Shown: positions 27,726 through 37,653 of the stretch, in pieces
Numbering within the stretch: the first letter of the stretch is position 1
How the letters are laid out: every line of letters begins with the position of its first letter
From: an uncultured bacterium
GTDB lineage: Bacteria > Bacillota_I > Bacilli_A > RF39 > UBA660
Reading direction: 5' to 3'
Assembly: GCA_949293285.1 (NCBI GenBank)
Contig: CASFCU010000027.1
Coordinates: 1 to 40,085, forward strand
Length of the DNA: 40,085 nucleotides
Made by a program: the position numbers and the translations under genes
The notes under the pieces: generated by a model
Databases searched by the model: none
What the model was told of the DNA's origin: nothing
The model's input: only the letters and a program-made list of their open reading frames with translations

Positions 27726-28562
27726 ATGCCAGAAAAACCAGAAGTCATAACAGTTGCAAGAAAACTTGAAAAAAAGATTATTAATAAGAAAATAACAGAT
27801 GTAAAAATACTTTATCCTAAAATGATTGATTATCCAGATATTCAAACTTTCAAAGAAAATATTAAAAATCAGGTAATTCATAGCATAACTACTAGGGGAA
27901 AATGGATAGTACTCCAACTAGATAGAGATTACCTGCTATTTCATTTAAGAATGGAAGGGAAATTTTTTTTCCGAGAAAAAAAGGATGAGATAAATAAACA
28001 TGAACATGTTATATTTGAATTAGACAATGAAGAAGAACTTCGATTTGCTGATGTTAGAAAATTTGGAAGAACAATGCTTATTCCAAAAGATAAGCTTTAT
28101 ACGATGAAACCTTATGCTGAGCTAGGATTAGAACCTTGGGATGAAAATTTAAATGCTTTATATTTAAAAGAAAAATATAAAAATAAAAAAATACCAATTA
28201 AAACAGTACTTTTGGATCAATCTATTATGACAGGCATAGGTAATATTTATGCTGATGAGATTTTATTTTTATCTAATATCAATCCTCTTACTAAGCCTTG
28301 TGATTTAACAGATGTTGATCTTAATCATATTATAAAAAATACCATTAAAGTTTTAGATAAAGCAATAGAAGAAGGAGGAACCACCATTAGAAGCTATACT
28401 TCTGAAGAAGGAGTTACAGGTCTTTTTCAAAATAATTTGAATGTTCACCAAAGAGAAAATGAAAAATGCCATGTTTGTGGTAATACGATAATTAAAATTA
28501 GAGTAGGTGGAAGAGGGACGTATTATTGCCCAAAATGTCAAAAAGAAAAAAAGTCTATTTAG
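27726..28562 (+). CDS. mutM: Formamidopyrimidine-DNA glycosylase
   Basis: N-terminal PEKPEV, HLRMEG, LLDQ...GIGNIYADE, C-terminal CxxC...CxxC zinc finger; follows polA. Confidence 0.96.
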   Translation: MPEKPEVITVARKLEKKIINKKITDVKILYPKMIDYPDIQTFKENIKNQVIHSITTRGKWIVLQLDRDYLLFHLRMEGKFFFREKKDEINKHEHVIFELDNEEELRFADVRKFGRTMLIPKDKLYTMKPYAELGLEPWDENLNALYLKEKYKNKKIPIKTVLLDQSIMTGIGNIYADEILFLSNINPLTKPCDLTDVDLNHIIKNTIKVLDKAIEEGGTTIRSYTSEEGVTGLFQNNLNVHQRENEKCHVCGNTIIKIRVGGRGTYYCPKCQKEKKSI

Positions 28563-28577
28563 AGACTTTTTTCTTTG
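28542..28577. terminator. Probable bidirectional terminator inside the overlapping 3' ends of convergent genes
   Basis: AAAAAAGTCT-atttag-AGACTTTTTT. Confidence 0.6.
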
Positions 28578-29040
28578 AACATAAATCTTTTTGAGCACTG
28601 TAGTAATCTTCTATATTATGTAATCTTTCTGATACTGAATCAAAAGAATTGATTAAATTTACTTTTCTTTGTAATAGTTCACTTGATGTCATATAAGAAT
28701 ATCTTATAAAAGTTTTCAATATCTCCTTTGTCATGCCTTTATTTGCCTGCATGTCTTGTATTAGCTCATCAATGTGATTAGATGCAATCAAAGAATTTGC
28801 ATCTTGCACAGCTTTAGTTTCATCACCAACAATAGCACAAGTTTTAAGTATTGAAAGATATACATCTATATCAGCACACATATCAAATCTTTTACTAAAA
28901 CAAGATAAAGAATCCTTTATACTAGGGCTAACAGTGGCCATTTCTAGTGCCACATCTTCTCCAAAAACTCTTTCTGTGAAATTAAAATAAGATTTTAAGT
29001 TTCTTTCCATTTCACTTTCTTCTAAAATATCATATATCAT
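28555..29040 (-). CDS. Hypothetical protein
   Basis: 161-aa ORF filling the mutM-truB gap, with AAGGGGG RBS and its own near-consensus promoter. Confidence 0.8.
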   Translation of the reverse strand: MIYDILEESEMERNLKSYFNFTERVFGEDVALEMATVSPSIKDSLSCFSKRFDMCADIDVYLSILKTCAIVGDETKAVQDANSLIASNHIDELIQDMQANKGMTKEILKTFIRYSYMTSSELLQRKVNLINSFDSVSERLHNIEDYYSAQKDLCSKKKVSK

Positions 29041-29073
29041 ACCATATTCCCCCTTCTTTGGTAACGTTCAGTA

Positions 29074-29102
29074 ATTATATCATATTTTTTAGTGATAGTC
29101 AA
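29074..29102 (-). promoter_or_regulatory. SigA-type promoter for the minus-strand hypothetical gene
   Basis: Minus strand reads TTGACT-17 bp-TATAAT with TG extension. Confidence 0.75.
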
Positions 29103-29125
29103 CTTTATTGTCTAAAATTCTAAAA

Positions 29126-29154
29126 TTGGCAATCAAAGAAAAATATGTTAGAAT
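29126..29154 (+). promoter_or_regulatory. SigA-type promoter upstream of truB
   Basis: TTGGCA-17 bp-TAGAAT with TG extension. Confidence 0.6.
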
Positions 29155-29271
29155 GATAAAGAAAGTGTTTATGAACTACATGATATATTTGTGATAAGAA
29201 AAACGATATTTGAAAATGGTCATTGTAGTTAAGATATAGATGAAAATAAAGATAATGATGAGTAGGTGAGT

Positions 29272-30144
29272 ATGATGAACAGTGGATTATTAATAATTGA
29301 TAAACCTAGTGGATACACTAGTAGAGATATCGTAAATATGGTGGGAAGATTTTTAAATACAAAAAAAGTAGGGCACTGTGGAACACTGGATCCGATAGCT
29401 ACAGGGGTTTTAGTAATTGCAGTAAACGATGCCCTTAAAATATTGGAATTTATGTCCAATGATACAAAAGAGTATATTGCTACGGTCAAATTTGGAATAT
29501 CTACGGATACTTTAGATATATCTGGAAATATTTTAGAACAAAACAAAAACTATTTTTTAGATGTAGTAAAATTAAACGATGTAATAAACTCTTTTAAAGG
29601 AAAATATTTTCAGGAAGTACCTCTTTACTCCTCTGTTAAAGTAAATGGTAAAAGACTTTATAAATATGCAAGAGAAAAAGAAGCAGTACTTCTTCCAAAA
29701 AAGGAAGTAGAGATATTTGAAATAGAATTATTAAGTTATAATCATGAAGGATTTTCCTTTAGAACCGTTGTTAGTAAAGGAACTTATATTAGAAGTCTTA
29801 TTAGAGATATAGGAGTTAAAATGAATATATTATGTACTATGAGTAATTTAAGAAGAATAAGGCAAGGAATCTTTTCTATCGATGATGCAATTAGCCTAGA
29901 AGATATTGAAAATAATCGATTAAAATTTATTCCTATAGAAAAACCTCTTTCGATGTATCACTCTGAAATAATAGATGGATATCTAGAAAAGAAAATATTG
30001 AATGGTAGTATTTTAGATAATCTTTATGATAAAGAAATTGTAGTTTTTAAAAATAAAGATCATAAAGCTCTTGCTATATATAAAATATACGATAAAAATA
30101 AAAAGAAGATTAAGCCTATAAAAGTGCTGAAAAAAAGAGATTAA
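29272..30144 (+). CDS. truB: tRNA pseudouridine(55) synthase
   Basis: IDKPSGYTS, KVGHCGTLDP.ATGVL, KEY, P.YSSVKVNGKRLY, SKGTYIRSL. Confidence 0.97.
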   Translation: MMNSGLLIIDKPSGYTSRDIVNMVGRFLNTKKVGHCGTLDPIATGVLVIAVNDALKILEFMSNDTKEYIATVKFGISTDTLDISGNILEQNKNYFLDVVKLNDVINSFKGKYFQEVPLYSSVKVNGKRLYKYAREKEAVLLPKKEVEIFEIELLSYNHEGFSFRTVVSKGTYIRSLIRDIGVKMNILCTMSNLRRIRQGIFSIDDAISLEDIENNRLKFIPIEKPLSMYHSEIIDGYLEKKILNGSILDNLYDKEIVVFKNKDHKALAIYKIYDKNKKKIKPIKVLKKRD

Positions 30145-30412
30145 TTAATTCTTATTGTAGAGTTAGTATCTTTTAATTTTAGTTATTTTGAAAAATCATG
30201 AAGAGCTTTTTCAAGCTTTTTACCATCCTAAAAAAGATAAAATAGAATGATAATAACATTGATTATTCATTGAAATGAGAAAAATATATTTTTGAACTAA
30301 ATAGTATTTCTTTGATGTTAGAAAAGATAACATTATTAGTGCTTTTTTGTTGGGGAGTATTGAATAGGATAATCATTTGAAAGCTACCATTTCAATATGA
30401 AATATACACTGT

Positions 30413-30589
30413 ATGAAAATTTATCTTATTTCTTCATCAATGCTTGAATAATTTCAATAACTATTGAAAGAAAAAGGTTAAGAATATACTAGTGCTCATA
30501 CTTCTGAATTTCAAAAAGAAATATTAAGTTTTTTAAATTCGACAGCATTTAATGGTTATGAAGTGGAATCGGAAAAAGAAGAGACTTAA
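30413..30589 (+). pseudogene. Possible decayed gene remnant
   Basis: One frame reads protein-like (LE*FQ*LLKEKG*EYTSAHTSEFQKEILSFLNSTAFNGYEVESEKEET*) with three in-frame TAA and ends just before the next RBS. Confidence 0.35.
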
Positions 30590-30603
30590 TAAGGAGGAAT
30601 AAT

Positions 30604-31835
30604 ATGCCACATTATAATGCGTATGATAGTTTTAAAACTAAAAAAAGTATTGAAAAAAAGCAAAGAGCTAAGGAAAAAACATTTGGAAAAAAGAATGAAA
30701 ATGTAGATAATTTTTTTTAGATGATTGTGAAGACTATGGCGTTGTAATTGAAGTAAGATACGATGATGCATATATACTTTACAATGGTGAAGTTATATTA
30801 GCTAAGTTAAGAAAAGATATTAATTCAGTTTGTAATCAGGTGGTTTTTCCTGGTGATAAAGTTGACATCGACAAAATAAATGAAACATACGTGATTAGTC
30901 ATTTATTAAATAGGACATCAATACTATCTAGAACAAAAAAGGATAGTACAAGATTAAATGATGTTGGTTCTGTGAAAAATATTGCTTCCAATGTTGATTT
31001 AGCTGTTATAGTTGTAGCAGCAAAAGAACCACCATTACATCCAAAGTTTATTGATAGATATTTAATGATTCTTCAAAATAGTAAGATTCCAGCTATAATA
31101 TGTCTAAATAAATGTGATTTAAAAACAGAAGAAGATGAAGAAGTTCTAAATATGTATAGAGATTTAGGAATGAACGTTATTGAAACCTCAACTTATAGTA
31201 ATATCGGAATAGGTACTTTAAAAGAACATTTATTAAATAAACAAGCAATTTTTGTTGGAAATAGCGGTATTGGTAAATCTTCATTAACAAATGCAATTAT
31301 GGGGGATGATGAAATAAAAACTAGCCATATTAGTGATAAAAGTAAAAGAGGAAGACATACAACAACAACTTCTAAATATTATGTTTTGGAAGACAATTCA
31401 TCGATTATTGACACTCCTGGTATTAGAAGTTTGGATATTTCTTCATTCAATCCAATAGAAATTCAGGATTATTTTAAGGAATTTGAAAATTGGAAAGATA
31501 AGTGTAAATATAATGACTGTCTTCATTTTAATGAGCCATACGATTCATGCATAGTTAAACAGGGAGTTTCCAGTGGATTGCTAAGTGTAGATCGTTATGA
31601 AAGTTATTTACGAATAATAGGAGATGTACTTTGTGAGAAAGATTACGAAAAAATATTAGAGGAAGTAGATCCAGGACTAAAAAAACTAGTTTTAATAAGA
31701 AAAAAATTATATTTCATGAGAATAAAAAAAACTAAAGAAAGATATAAGAAAGAACCAAAAGATTATGCATCTAAAAAATATAGGAAATTTACGAGATATT
31801 GCAGCCCCACTATAGGCTGGAAAAATAAAAATTGA
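30604..31835 (+). pseudogene. rsgA: RsgA (ribosome small subunit-dependent GTPase)-like gene, frameshifted at a T8 tract
   Basis: AAGGAGG RBS and ATG 30604 give 38 aa ending at TAG 30718-30720. The other frame carries the OB-fold start, GD.V, ASNVD, NKCD, GNSGIGKS, HTT, DTPG and the Cys/His zinc site (ORF 30840-31835). Confidence 0.8.
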
Positions 31836-31853
31836 AGTTATTTCTAAATTTGC

Positions 31854-31882
31854 TTGAAAAAGAAAGTTTATTATTGTAGAAT
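31854..31882 (+). promoter_or_regulatory. SigA-type promoter of hisS-aspS
   Basis: TTGAAA-17 bp-TAGAAT. Confidence 0.7.
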
Positions 31883-31889
31883 ATAGTTA

Positions 31890-32095
31890 ACTTCTTGCAA
31901 AAAGAGTAATTAATGACATTTTTCTAGAGAGAGTATATCAGGTGAAAATACTTAAATTTAGTTAATGAAAGACATTTGCATCTATAGAAGATTCGTCTAT
32001 TCGCGTTAAGAATCAAGCATAATTTATTTTATGGAATTAAGGTGGCACCACGATTCGTTCGTCCTTATGATGCTACCTTTTTATTTTAGGGAGGA
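31890..32095 (+). ncRNA. T-box riboswitch leader, specifier GAC (Asp)
   Basis: Stem I base TGCAAA/TTTGCA, AGAGAG and GGTGAAA distal motifs, specifier loop GAAAGACA, GCGTTA box, T-box AAGGTGGCACCACG pairing with CGTCCTT; upstream of two tRNA synthetases. Confidence 0.9.
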
Positions 32096-32100
32096 ATAAT

Positions 32101-33456
32101 ATGATAAATAAACCTAAGGGATGTTATGATATTTATGGTGAAAATGCTAAGAAATGGCAATATGTAAATAAGCTTATCGATTCACTTATGGAGAAATATA
32201 ATTATAACTATATAAGAACACCGATTTTTGAGTCGAGTGAGCTTTTCCATAGGGGAATAGGAGAAACTGCTGATGTAGTAACGAAAGAAACTTATGACTT
32301 TAAAGATAGAGCAGATCGTAATATGACACTTCGACCGGAAGGGACTGCTGGTATTGTCAGAAGTTACATAGAAAACAAAATGTATGGTGATGCTAATCAA
32401 CCAATCAAATTGTATTATAATGGAACTATGTATCGATATGAAAGACCACAATCAGGAAGAGATAGAGAATTTACACAATTTGGTGTTGAAGTTTTAGGTA
32501 CTAACGATCCAATGATAGATGCAGAAGTTATTTCGATTCCCGTCGTCCTTCTATCGATGTTGGGATTAAAAGATATTAAAGTGAAAATTAATTCTTTAGG
32601 GGATAAAGAATCAAGAGACAACTATCGAAAAGCTCTATTAGAGTATTTTAGACCACATATCAAAGAATTATGTGAAGATTGCAACGACAGATTAGAAAAA
32701 AATCCCCTTAGAATATTAGATTGCAAAATAGACAAAGATAATCCTTTGCTAAAAGATGCGCCTAAAACTATTGATTATTTAAATGAAGAAAGTAAGAAAA
32801 GATTCGATGAAGTAAAATCTTATTTAGATGAATTAGGAATCGATTATGAAGAGGACTATAGAATAGTAAGAGGACTAGATTATTATAATCACACGGTATT
32901 TGAGATTGAAGCAAACGTCGAGGGCTTTGGTTCTAATAACGTTTTAGCAGGTGGTGGAAGATATAATGCTCTTGTGAACACCCTAGGTGGTCCCGAAACC
33001 GCTTGTATTGGTTTTGCCTGTGGGATAGGTAGAATTATTCAAGCTTTAGATTTAGAAAAAATACAACTACCAATAATAGAAAATATTGAAGTGTTTGTAA
33101 TGTACGTCTCACCTACAGAGAAAAAATATGCCACTTCTTTAGTACAGTATTTACGTGCAGCAGGGTTTAGGGTAGATACAGAATATACTGGTAGAAGTCT
33201 AAAAGCGCAATTCAAACAAGCCGATCGATTAAATTCAAAATTCTTAATCATTTTAAATGATGAAGATTTGAAAAATGATGAGATAAAAATCAAAAACAAC
33301 AAAACAAAAAAAGAAGAGTTAGTAGGACTTGATTATTTAATATATTATTTAGATGAAAACTTAGCCGATGAAGAGTATGAGATAGAAAGTAATATCTCTT
33401 GTGATGATGAATGTCATGATAAATGTACTAATGGAGGTCATGATGAAGAAATTTAA
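32101..33456 (+). CDS. hisS: Histidine--tRNA ligase
   Basis: LRPEGTAG, YRYERPQSGR.REFTQFGVE, VRGLDYY, GGGRY. Confidence 0.98.
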   Translation: MINKPKGCYDIYGENAKKWQYVNKLIDSLMEKYNYNYIRTPIFESSELFHRGIGETADVVTKETYDFKDRADRNMTLRPEGTAGIVRSYIENKMYGDANQPIKLYYNGTMYRYERPQSGRDREFTQFGVEVLGTNDPMIDAEVISIPVVLLSMLGLKDIKVKINSLGDKESRDNYRKALLEYFRPHIKELCEDCNDRLEKNPLRILDCKIDKDNPLLKDAPKTIDYLNEESKKRFDEVKSYLDELGIDYEEDYRIVRGLDYYNHTVFEIEANVEGFGSNNVLAGGGRYNALVNTLGGPETACIGFACGIGRIIQALDLEKIQLPIIENIEVFVMYVSPTEKKYATSLVQYLRAAGFRVDTEYTGRSLKAQFKQADRLNSKFLIILNDEDLKNDEIKIKNNKTKKEELVGLDYLIYYLDENLADEEYEIESNISCDDECHDKCTNGGHDEEI

Positions 33457-35185
33457 TAATGCAGAATTTAATATTAATAACATTGGACAAAAAGTAGAGC
33501 TATACGGATGGGTTCAAAAGAAAAGAAATCTAGGAGGCCTTGTTTTCATTGATTTAAGAGATAGATCAGGAATCATTCAATTAATTGTAAAGCCAGATAA
33601 CAAATCATATGAATTAGCATCCTCTTTAAAAAGTGAATCAGTAATTAGTGTAAGTGGAATCATCAGTGAAAGAGAAAACAAAAATTTGAAGTTGATTACG
33701 GGAGAAATAGAAGTAATAGTAGAAAATTTAACCTTAATCAATATGTCCATAGATATTCCTTTTGAAATCACGGAAGACACAACAGCTCTAGAAGAAACTA
33801 GATTAAAATATAGATATCTAGACATAAGACGTGAAAACATCAGAAATAATTTGATATTAAGACATCAAGTAACAATGATAACCAGAAACTTTTTATCTGA
33901 GAATGGTTTCATAGAAATTGAAACACCGATTTTATGTGTACCTACTCCAGAAGGAGCAAGAGATTATCTAGTTCCTTCGAGAATTTCCAAAGGCAATTTT
34001 TATGCATTACCGCAATCTCCTCAAATATATAAACAGCTTCTTATGATTGGAGGAATGGAAAAATACTTTCAAATTGCCAGGTGTTTTCGAGATGAAGACT
34101 TACGTGCTGATAGGCAACCAGAATTTACTCAAATTGATATAGAAATGAGTTTTGCTAACGAAGAAGATATATTTAATGTCGTAGAAGGTTTAATGAAAAA
34201 AATCTTTAAAGAAACGAAGAAAGTAGATTTAGAAACGTTTACACGAATTACTTATAATGAAAGCATAGATCGTTTTGGAACTGATAAACCAGACACGAGA
34301 TTTGCTATGGAAATAGAAGATATTACGGATATATTTAGTAATACCTACTTTGAAGTGTTTAGTAATATTATTGTAAATGGTGGAATAATCAATGCTATTG
34401 TATTAAAAGGACTAGCTTCTACTGTTTCTAGAAAAGATATTGATAAACTTACGGAGTTTGTTAAAGTATATAATGCAAAAGCCCTTTCTTATCTAAAATA
34501 TAATGATGGCATTTTATCTGGATCTATTTCAAAAATCATGAGTAACAATGAACAAGAAATTCTTATTGAAAGATTGAACTTACAAGAAAATGACATGGTA
34601 TTTATAATTGCGGATAAGAAAAAAATTGTTAAAACTGCACTGGGAGCTTTAAGAATCAAACTTGCTAATCAACACAATATCATTGATAAAGATAAATATA
34701 ATTTCCTATGGGTTACAGAATTTCCTATGTTTGAATATTCAGAAGAAGAACAACGATTTGTGGCAGCACATCATCCATTTACTTCTCCTAGACAAGAAGA
34801 CATGGACAAACTTCTTACTGATAAAGAAAATTGCTATTCTAGAGCATATGACTTAGTGTTGAATGGTTATGAGCTTCTCAGTGGTTCTGTAAGAATACAT
34901 GACATCATCACACAAGAAAAAGTTTTTTCTGCAATCGATATGACTCACAAAGAAGCAAGAGAAAAATTTGGTTTCTTTTTAGATGCTTTTCAATATGGAG
35001 CACCTCCACATTGTGGTGTTGGAATTGGCTTAGAAAGGCTGATTATGATACTTGCTGATACGGATAACATCAAAGATGTTGTAGCATTTCCAAAAACAGC
35101 AAGTGCTTCTTGCCTAATGAGTGATGCTCCCGGTAAAGTCAATGAAAAGCAACTAGATGAACTAGGAATTGAGATAAAAAAATAA
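33443..35185 (+). CDS. aspS: Aspartate--tRNA ligase
   Basis: LGGLVFIDLRD, RLKYRYLD, TPEGARD, LPQSPQ, FRDEDLRADRQPEFTQ, AAHHPFT, GAPPH. GGAGGT RBS; start 33440 or 33443. Confidence 0.98.
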   Translation: MKKFNNAEFNINNIGQKVELYGWVQKKRNLGGLVFIDLRDRSGIIQLIVKPDNKSYELASSLKSESVISVSGIISERENKNLKLITGEIEVIVENLTLINMSIDIPFEITEDTTALEETRLKYRYLDIRRENIRNNLILRHQVTMITRNFLSENGFIEIETPILCVPTPEGARDYLVPSRISKGNFYALPQSPQIYKQLLMIGGMEKYFQIARCFRDEDLRADRQPEFTQIDIEMSFANEEDIFNVVEGLMKKIFKETKKVDLETFTRITYNESIDRFGTDKPDTRFAMEIEDITDIFSNTYFEVFSNIIVNGGIINAIVLKGLASTVSRKDIDKLTEFVKVYNAKALSYLKYNDGILSGSISKIMSNNEQEILIERLNLQENDMVFIIADKKKIVKTALGALRIKLANQHNIIDKDKYNFLWVTEFPMFEYSEEEQRFVAAHHPFTSPRQEDMDKLLTDKENCYSRAYDLVLNGYELLSGSVRIHDIITQEKVFSAIDMTHKEAREKFGFFLDAFQYGAPPHCGVGIGLERLIMILADTDNIKDVVAFPKTASASCLMSDAPGKVNEKQLDELGIEIKK

Positions 35186-35208
35186 GTATAGTTAGATTTT
35201 GAAATCTG

Positions 35209-35241
35209 ATAAAAAAGGCTGTAAAAAACTGTCTTTTTTAT
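35209..35241 (+). terminator. Probable terminator after aspS
   Basis: ATAAAAAAGGCTGT...ACTGTCTTTTTTAT imperfect hairpin with T-run. Confidence 0.55.
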
Positions 35242-35269
35242 TGCTTTTTTAAACCATAAAAGTTATAAT
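35241..35269 (+). promoter_or_regulatory. SigA-type promoter for lon
   Basis: TTGCTT-17 bp-TATAAT. Confidence 0.65.
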
Positions 35270-35301
35270 AGAAAACATAATTTTAAGGAGGTGTCCCCAT
35301 A

Positions 35302-37653
35302 ATGAAAAGCAATTTGCCAGTGCTTTTGTTAAAAAATATGGTGCTATTTCCTTATAATGAGATTAGAATAGAATTCGATACAGACAATGACAAAAAACTA
35401 ATTTCTTTATCTGAATCTTGTTATGATAGTAGTATTTTAATAGTTAACCCTAAGGATAGTTTAGAAATGAATCCTGAAATAAATGAATTACCAAATTATG
35501 GTACAGTTGGTAAAATAAAAATGAAACTAGATATGCCAAATGGAAAAACGAGGATAATTTTATCAGGTGAATCACGTGCTAAGATATATGCCTATTCTAA
35601 GGACGATGGTATATATGAAGCATTATATAGCAATGCACCACTAGAAGAACTTAGTATTAAAGAAGAGATGGCATATATCAGAGCCCTTAACAAACATATT
35701 GATGTTTATGTGAAAGAAGTTCCTTACATGTCGAATACCATACTTTCTCAAACAGCGGGAATAAACAATATCGATAAATTAACAGATGTAGTAGCTCTTT
35801 ATCTACCAATTAATTTCGAAAGAAAACAAGAATATTTAAAAGAATTTTCTTCTACTTCTAGAGTGAAAATGATATTAGATGATATAAATAAAGATATTGA
35901 AATATTAAGATTGGAACAAAAAATAGAAGCTAGCGTTGCTGTCGGTTTAGAGCAAAGTCAAAAAGAGTTTGTTCTAAAAGAGAAAATAAAAGCAATTAGG
36001 GAAGAGTTAGGAGAAGAAGAACAAAACGAAGCAGAAATTTTAAAAGATAAAATTAACAAACTGGATTGTCCCAAAAAGGTAAGAGAAAAGCTTCTCGTTG
36101 AATTAAATAAATACTCTATAGCAAACTTTTCATCACCAGAGACTGCAATGATTAGAAATTACATCGATTGTCTTTTAACCCTTCCTTGGAATAAAGTTAC
36201 AGAAGACCGACGTGACTTGAAAAAAGTAAGAGAAATTCTTGACAGTACTCACTATGGGCTGGATAACGTCAAAGATAGAGTAATTGAATACCTTGCAGTA
36301 AAACAGAACACAAATAATTCAAGAAGTCCTATCATATGTTTAGTGGGACCACCTGGAGTAGGGAAAACAACATTTGCTAAGAATATTGCTAAAAGTCTTA
36401 ACAGAAAAGTAACCAAAATTTCTGTTGGAGGAATCAATGATGAAGCAGAAATTATAGGACATCGAAGAGCATATATCGGTGCCGCTCCTGGGCTTATTAT
36501 TCAAGGAATGAAAAAAGCAGGAACAAAAAATCCCGTGTTCATAATTGATGAGATTGATAAAATGACAAAGGATATTAAAGGTGATCCTGCTTCTAGCCTT
36601 CTAGAAGTTTTAGATAAAGAGCAAAACAAATATTTTGTAGATCATTATATAGAGGAGGAATTTGATCTTAGCAGTGTCATGTTCATTGCAACAGCAAACT
36701 ACCTATCTCAAATTCCCGAAGAGTTAAAAGACAGACTGGAAATTATAGAACTTTCTTCATACACTGAATTTGAAAAATTAGATATCTCCAAAAAACACTT
36801 AATCATTAATCAAGCAAAAGAACATGGTCTAAAAGAAGGACAAGTTACTTTTTCTGATGAAGCTATACTAACTCTGATTCGTAATTATACCAAAGAATCA
36901 GGAGTAAGAGAACTAGATAGACTGATAGCTACAATTATGAGGAAGATTGTAAAGAAAATCGTAGTGGACAAAAGTAAAGAAAAGTATTTTATAAGTAAAG
37001 AGAGCTTAGAAGAGTACCTAGGTATTAAAAAATTTTTGTACAATGACAACGAGAACAACGAACGAGTAGGAATTGTAAACGGTATGGCTTATACCGAATA
37101 TGGTGGTGATATTCTCCCAATAGAAACCACGATGTTTAAAGGAAAGGGAGAACTTATTTTAACAGGATCCTTAGGAGAAGTAATGCAAGAATCAGCCAAG
37201 ATTGCGCTTGACTATATTAAATCTAATTGTGATAAATTTAATATTGATTTGGATCAATTAGAAGAAAAATCTATTCACATTCATGTTCCAGAAGGTGCTA
37301 TACAAAAAGAAGGACCATCAGCAGGTGTAGCCCTTACCACAGCACTTATAAGCTTGTTTACTAAAAAAGCAATATCATCGAAAATTAGTATGACAGGTGA
37401 AATCACTTTAACGGGAAGAGTCCTTCCCATTGGTGGATTAAAAGAAAAAGTAATCGGTGCTTACCGTGCAATGATAACCAAGATATTCATTCCAAAAGAA
37501 AATGAAAAAGATTTGAAAGAAATTCCAACTGATATAAAGAATAACATTGAATTTATTCTAGTTAGTAACTATATGGACATATACAATAATATTGAGGGGA
37601 TTTTAAACAACAAAACTAAAAAGAAAGATAAAAAAGCCAATAACCAAGAATAA
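35302..37653 (+). CDS. lon: ATP-dependent protease La
   Basis: Lon N domain, GPPGVGKT, DEIDK, GDPASSLLE, EGPSAG (catalytic Ser), IGGLKEK. Confidence 0.98.
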   Translation: MKSNLPVLLLKNMVLFPYNEIRIEFDTDNDKKLISLSESCYDSSILIVNPKDSLEMNPEINELPNYGTVGKIKMKLDMPNGKTRIILSGESRAKIYAYSKDDGIYEALYSNAPLEELSIKEEMAYIRALNKHIDVYVKEVPYMSNTILSQTAGINNIDKLTDVVALYLPINFERKQEYLKEFSSTSRVKMILDDINKDIEILRLEQKIEASVAVGLEQSQKEFVLKEKIKAIREELGEEEQNEAEILKDKINKLDCPKKVREKLLVELNKYSIANFSSPETAMIRNYIDCLLTLPWNKVTEDRRDLKKVREILDSTHYGLDNVKDRVIEYLAVKQNTNNSRSPIICLVGPPGVGKTTFAKNIAKSLNRKVTKISVGGINDEAEIIGHRRAYIGAAPGLIIQGMKKAGTKNPVFIIDEIDKMTKDIKGDPASSLLEVLDKEQNKYFVDHYIEEEFDLSSVMFIATANYLSQIPEELKDRLEIIELSSYTEFEKLDISKKHLIINQAKEHGLKEGQVTFSDEAILTLIRNYTKESGVRELDRLIATIMRKIVKKIVVDKSKEKYFISKESLEEYLGIKKFLYNDNENNERVGIVNGMAYTEYGGDILPIETTMFKGKGELILTGSLGEVMQESAKIALDYIKSNCDKFNIDLDQLEEKSIHIHVPEGAIQKEGPSAGVALTTALISLFTKKAISSKISMTGEITLTGRVLPIGGLKEKVIGAYRAMITKIFIPKENEKDLKEIPTDIKNNIEFILVSNYMDIYNNIEGILNNKTKKKDKKANNQE

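Noticed and set aside
27726-27746. MutM N-terminus PEKPEV instead of PELPEV
   Set aside because: Catalytic Pro and Glu are intact; a likely neutral variant.
29161-29265. Leader before truB as an rbfA remnant (DIDENKDNDE*)
   Set aside because: Only ten codons with an in-frame stop upstream; no recognisable RbfA sequence.
35186-35301. 6S RNA downstream of aspS as in B. subtilis
   Set aside because: The 116-bp gap is fully explained by terminator, promoter and RBS.
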